From Octopus sinensis (lineage: Eukaryota): a stretch of 9,951 nucleotides of DNA. Within the stretch, counting starts at the first letter, position 1; the number at the start of each line of letters is the position of its first letter. Positions 8,596 through 9,951 of this stretch are shown one piece after another. The position numbers and the translations under genes were made by a program. The stretch lies in assembly GCF_006345805.1 (NCBI RefSeq), contig NW_021827643.1:1-9951 (forward strand). Direction: 5' to 3'. The notes beneath the pieces are model-generated. The model was not told the origin of the DNA and made no database searches. It saw only the letters and a list, made by a program, of their open reading frames with translations.

Positions 8596-8695
8596 GAATA
8601 TATATATATATATATCTAATATATATATATATATAGATATATATATTATATAATATATATATATATTATATTTACATATATACTCGCACATATAT
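8412..8695. repeat. (GAYA)n-(GT)n-(TA)n compound microsatellite
   Basis: Read directly from the sequence. Confidence 0.95.
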
Positions 8696-8897
8696 AAAAA
8701 ATTAGTTAGAGAAATGGTTTGGTTCGGCATGTCATCAGATTGGTCGTTTGGTTTTCCAAGGATAGGTCAAATTGATGTTGACGCTGCTGATGGAAAACCC
8801 AATAAGGATGTAAATCGATTAAGGATGCTCATAATCTTTTTCACTCAAACGAGAAATGCTTAAATTTGGCCTTTTTTACATATAACTTCACAAGTTT

Positions 8898-8968
8898 ATA
8901 TATATATATATATTACATGTGTGTGTGAATTTGTGTATATATACATATAACATATACCTAATAATACG

Positions 8969-8999
<31 letters not shown>

Positions 9000-9008
9000 T
9001 ACTATATA

Positions 9009-9047
<39 letters not shown>

Positions 9048-9156
9048 TATCTATATATATATAATATATATATATATATATTATATATATATATTATATA
9101 GATATTATAGATATATATATATATATAGTATATAGATATATATATATAATATATAT
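8898..9156. repeat. (TA)n microsatellite
   Basis: Read directly from the sequence. Confidence 0.96.
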
Positions 9157-9158
9157 GT

Positions 9159-9434
9159 GGAGGCGCAATGGCCTAGTGGTCGAGGGCAGCGGACTCGCGG
9201 TCGGAGTATCGCGGTTCCAGACCGGGCGTTGTGTGTATGTGTTTATTGAGCGAAAACACCTAAAAGCTCCACGAGGCCCGGCAGGGGGTGGTGATCCCTG
9301 CTGTACACTTTTACCACTCTTTCTCCCACTCTTTCTTCTGTTGGCGTCATTCGAAGGCTAAAACAATGCGAACTCATTGTGAGCAGCGATGTGTAACAAC
9401 ATCTGATGGTCTGGTCGGTCACGGGATCACGTGA
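9159..9434 (+). mobile_element. tRNA-derived SINE, family C (B box apparently damaged)
   Basis: The head GGAGGCGCAATGGCCTAGTGGTCGAGGGCAGCGGAC is tRNA-like (A box TGGCCTAGTGG). GCGGTTCCAGACCGGGC sits where a B box is expected but is shortened. It is followed by TTATTGAGCGAAAACACCTAA (central box) and ends GGTCACGGGATCACGTGA before a TA tract. Confidence 0.78.
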
Positions 9435-9584
9435 TATTTACATATATATACATATACATATATATGCATGTATATATAATTATACATATAGATATATAGA
9501 TACACATATGCATATATATGTATATATTTCTGTATATATATATATATGTATATATTTATGAATATATATATTTATCCATATATA

Positions 9585-9623
<39 letters not shown>

Positions 9624-9641
9624 CATACATACATACATATA
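9435..9641. repeat. (TA)n/(TACA)n microsatellite
   Basis: Read directly from the sequence. Confidence 0.95.
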
Positions 9642-9779
9642 TGGCCCTTCTGACTCTCAGTATAACACCTTACCTGTCTATTTAAACCTTAGCCTTCTTC
9701 ACTGCCTACTTATTACCTGAGTCTGTCTATATGATTGTGCTAATATTTCTGCGTTTATATATCTATCCATATATTCATG

Positions 9780-9951
9780 TAAATTTATATACACTCGCAG
9801 ATTGTACGCGCGTATATATAATTGTGTACATAAATACAGTTATGTATTATGTATATGTAATGCACATACACACGCATTCAAAAGAACACATACAAACATG
9901 CACACACACACAAGCCAATATACATACTTGTATATACACACACCACATATA
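9780..9951. repeat. Degenerate TA/CA low-complexity sequence
   Basis: Read directly from the sequence. Confidence 0.75.

Noticed and set aside
8714-8863. Short ORF MVWFGMSSDWSFGFPRIGQIDVDAADGK... as a possible exon
   Set aside because: It is only 49 codons, with no recognisable domain and no polypyrimidine tract or strong splice sites.
9667-9720. Two minus-strand CAG|GTAA splice-donor-like motifs
   Set aside because: No matching acceptor or clean exon frame lies upstream on that strand, and such motifs are expected by chance.
1-9951. CRISPR array, phage or other prokaryotic system
   Set aside because: There are no spaced direct repeats or operon-like coding density. The content is typical animal repeat DNA.

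Overview
This is eukaryotic, non-genic, repeat-dominated DNA. The AT-rich microsatellite blocks and tRNA-derived SINEs look like an Octopus/coleoid cephalopod genome (inferred by pattern recognition, not by search). Bases 1-2888 are the 3' ~2.9 kb of a restriction-like-endonuclease (RLE) non-LTR retrotransposon, most like the R4/Dong clade, with RT, CCHC knuckle, PD-(D/E)xK nuclease, 3' UTR and (AAT)7 tail. The tail runs directly into a ~490-bp (GAT)n array with higher-order structure. The rest is TA/CA/GATA microsatellite interleaved with four tRNA-derived SINE copies from three families and two long fold-back elements (3869-4286 and ~7310-7902). The most interesting signal is that these two palindromes have unrelated interiors but homologous ~70-nt outer termini. 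Those termini carry a CG(A/G)AA-C-NNNN-GT(A/G) motif whose hexamer stays palindromic through three different sequences (CACGTG, CATATG, CAATTG). This resembles helix III of the minimal hammerhead ribozymes in Penelope-like elements (PLEs), but no intact CUGANGA core is present. The LINE's many frameshifts are mostly -1 events in short homopolymers, so it may be intact and mis-assembled rather than decayed. No host gene is supportable. All Met/His/Ile-Tyr/Val-Cys-rich ORFs are microsatellite artefacts.
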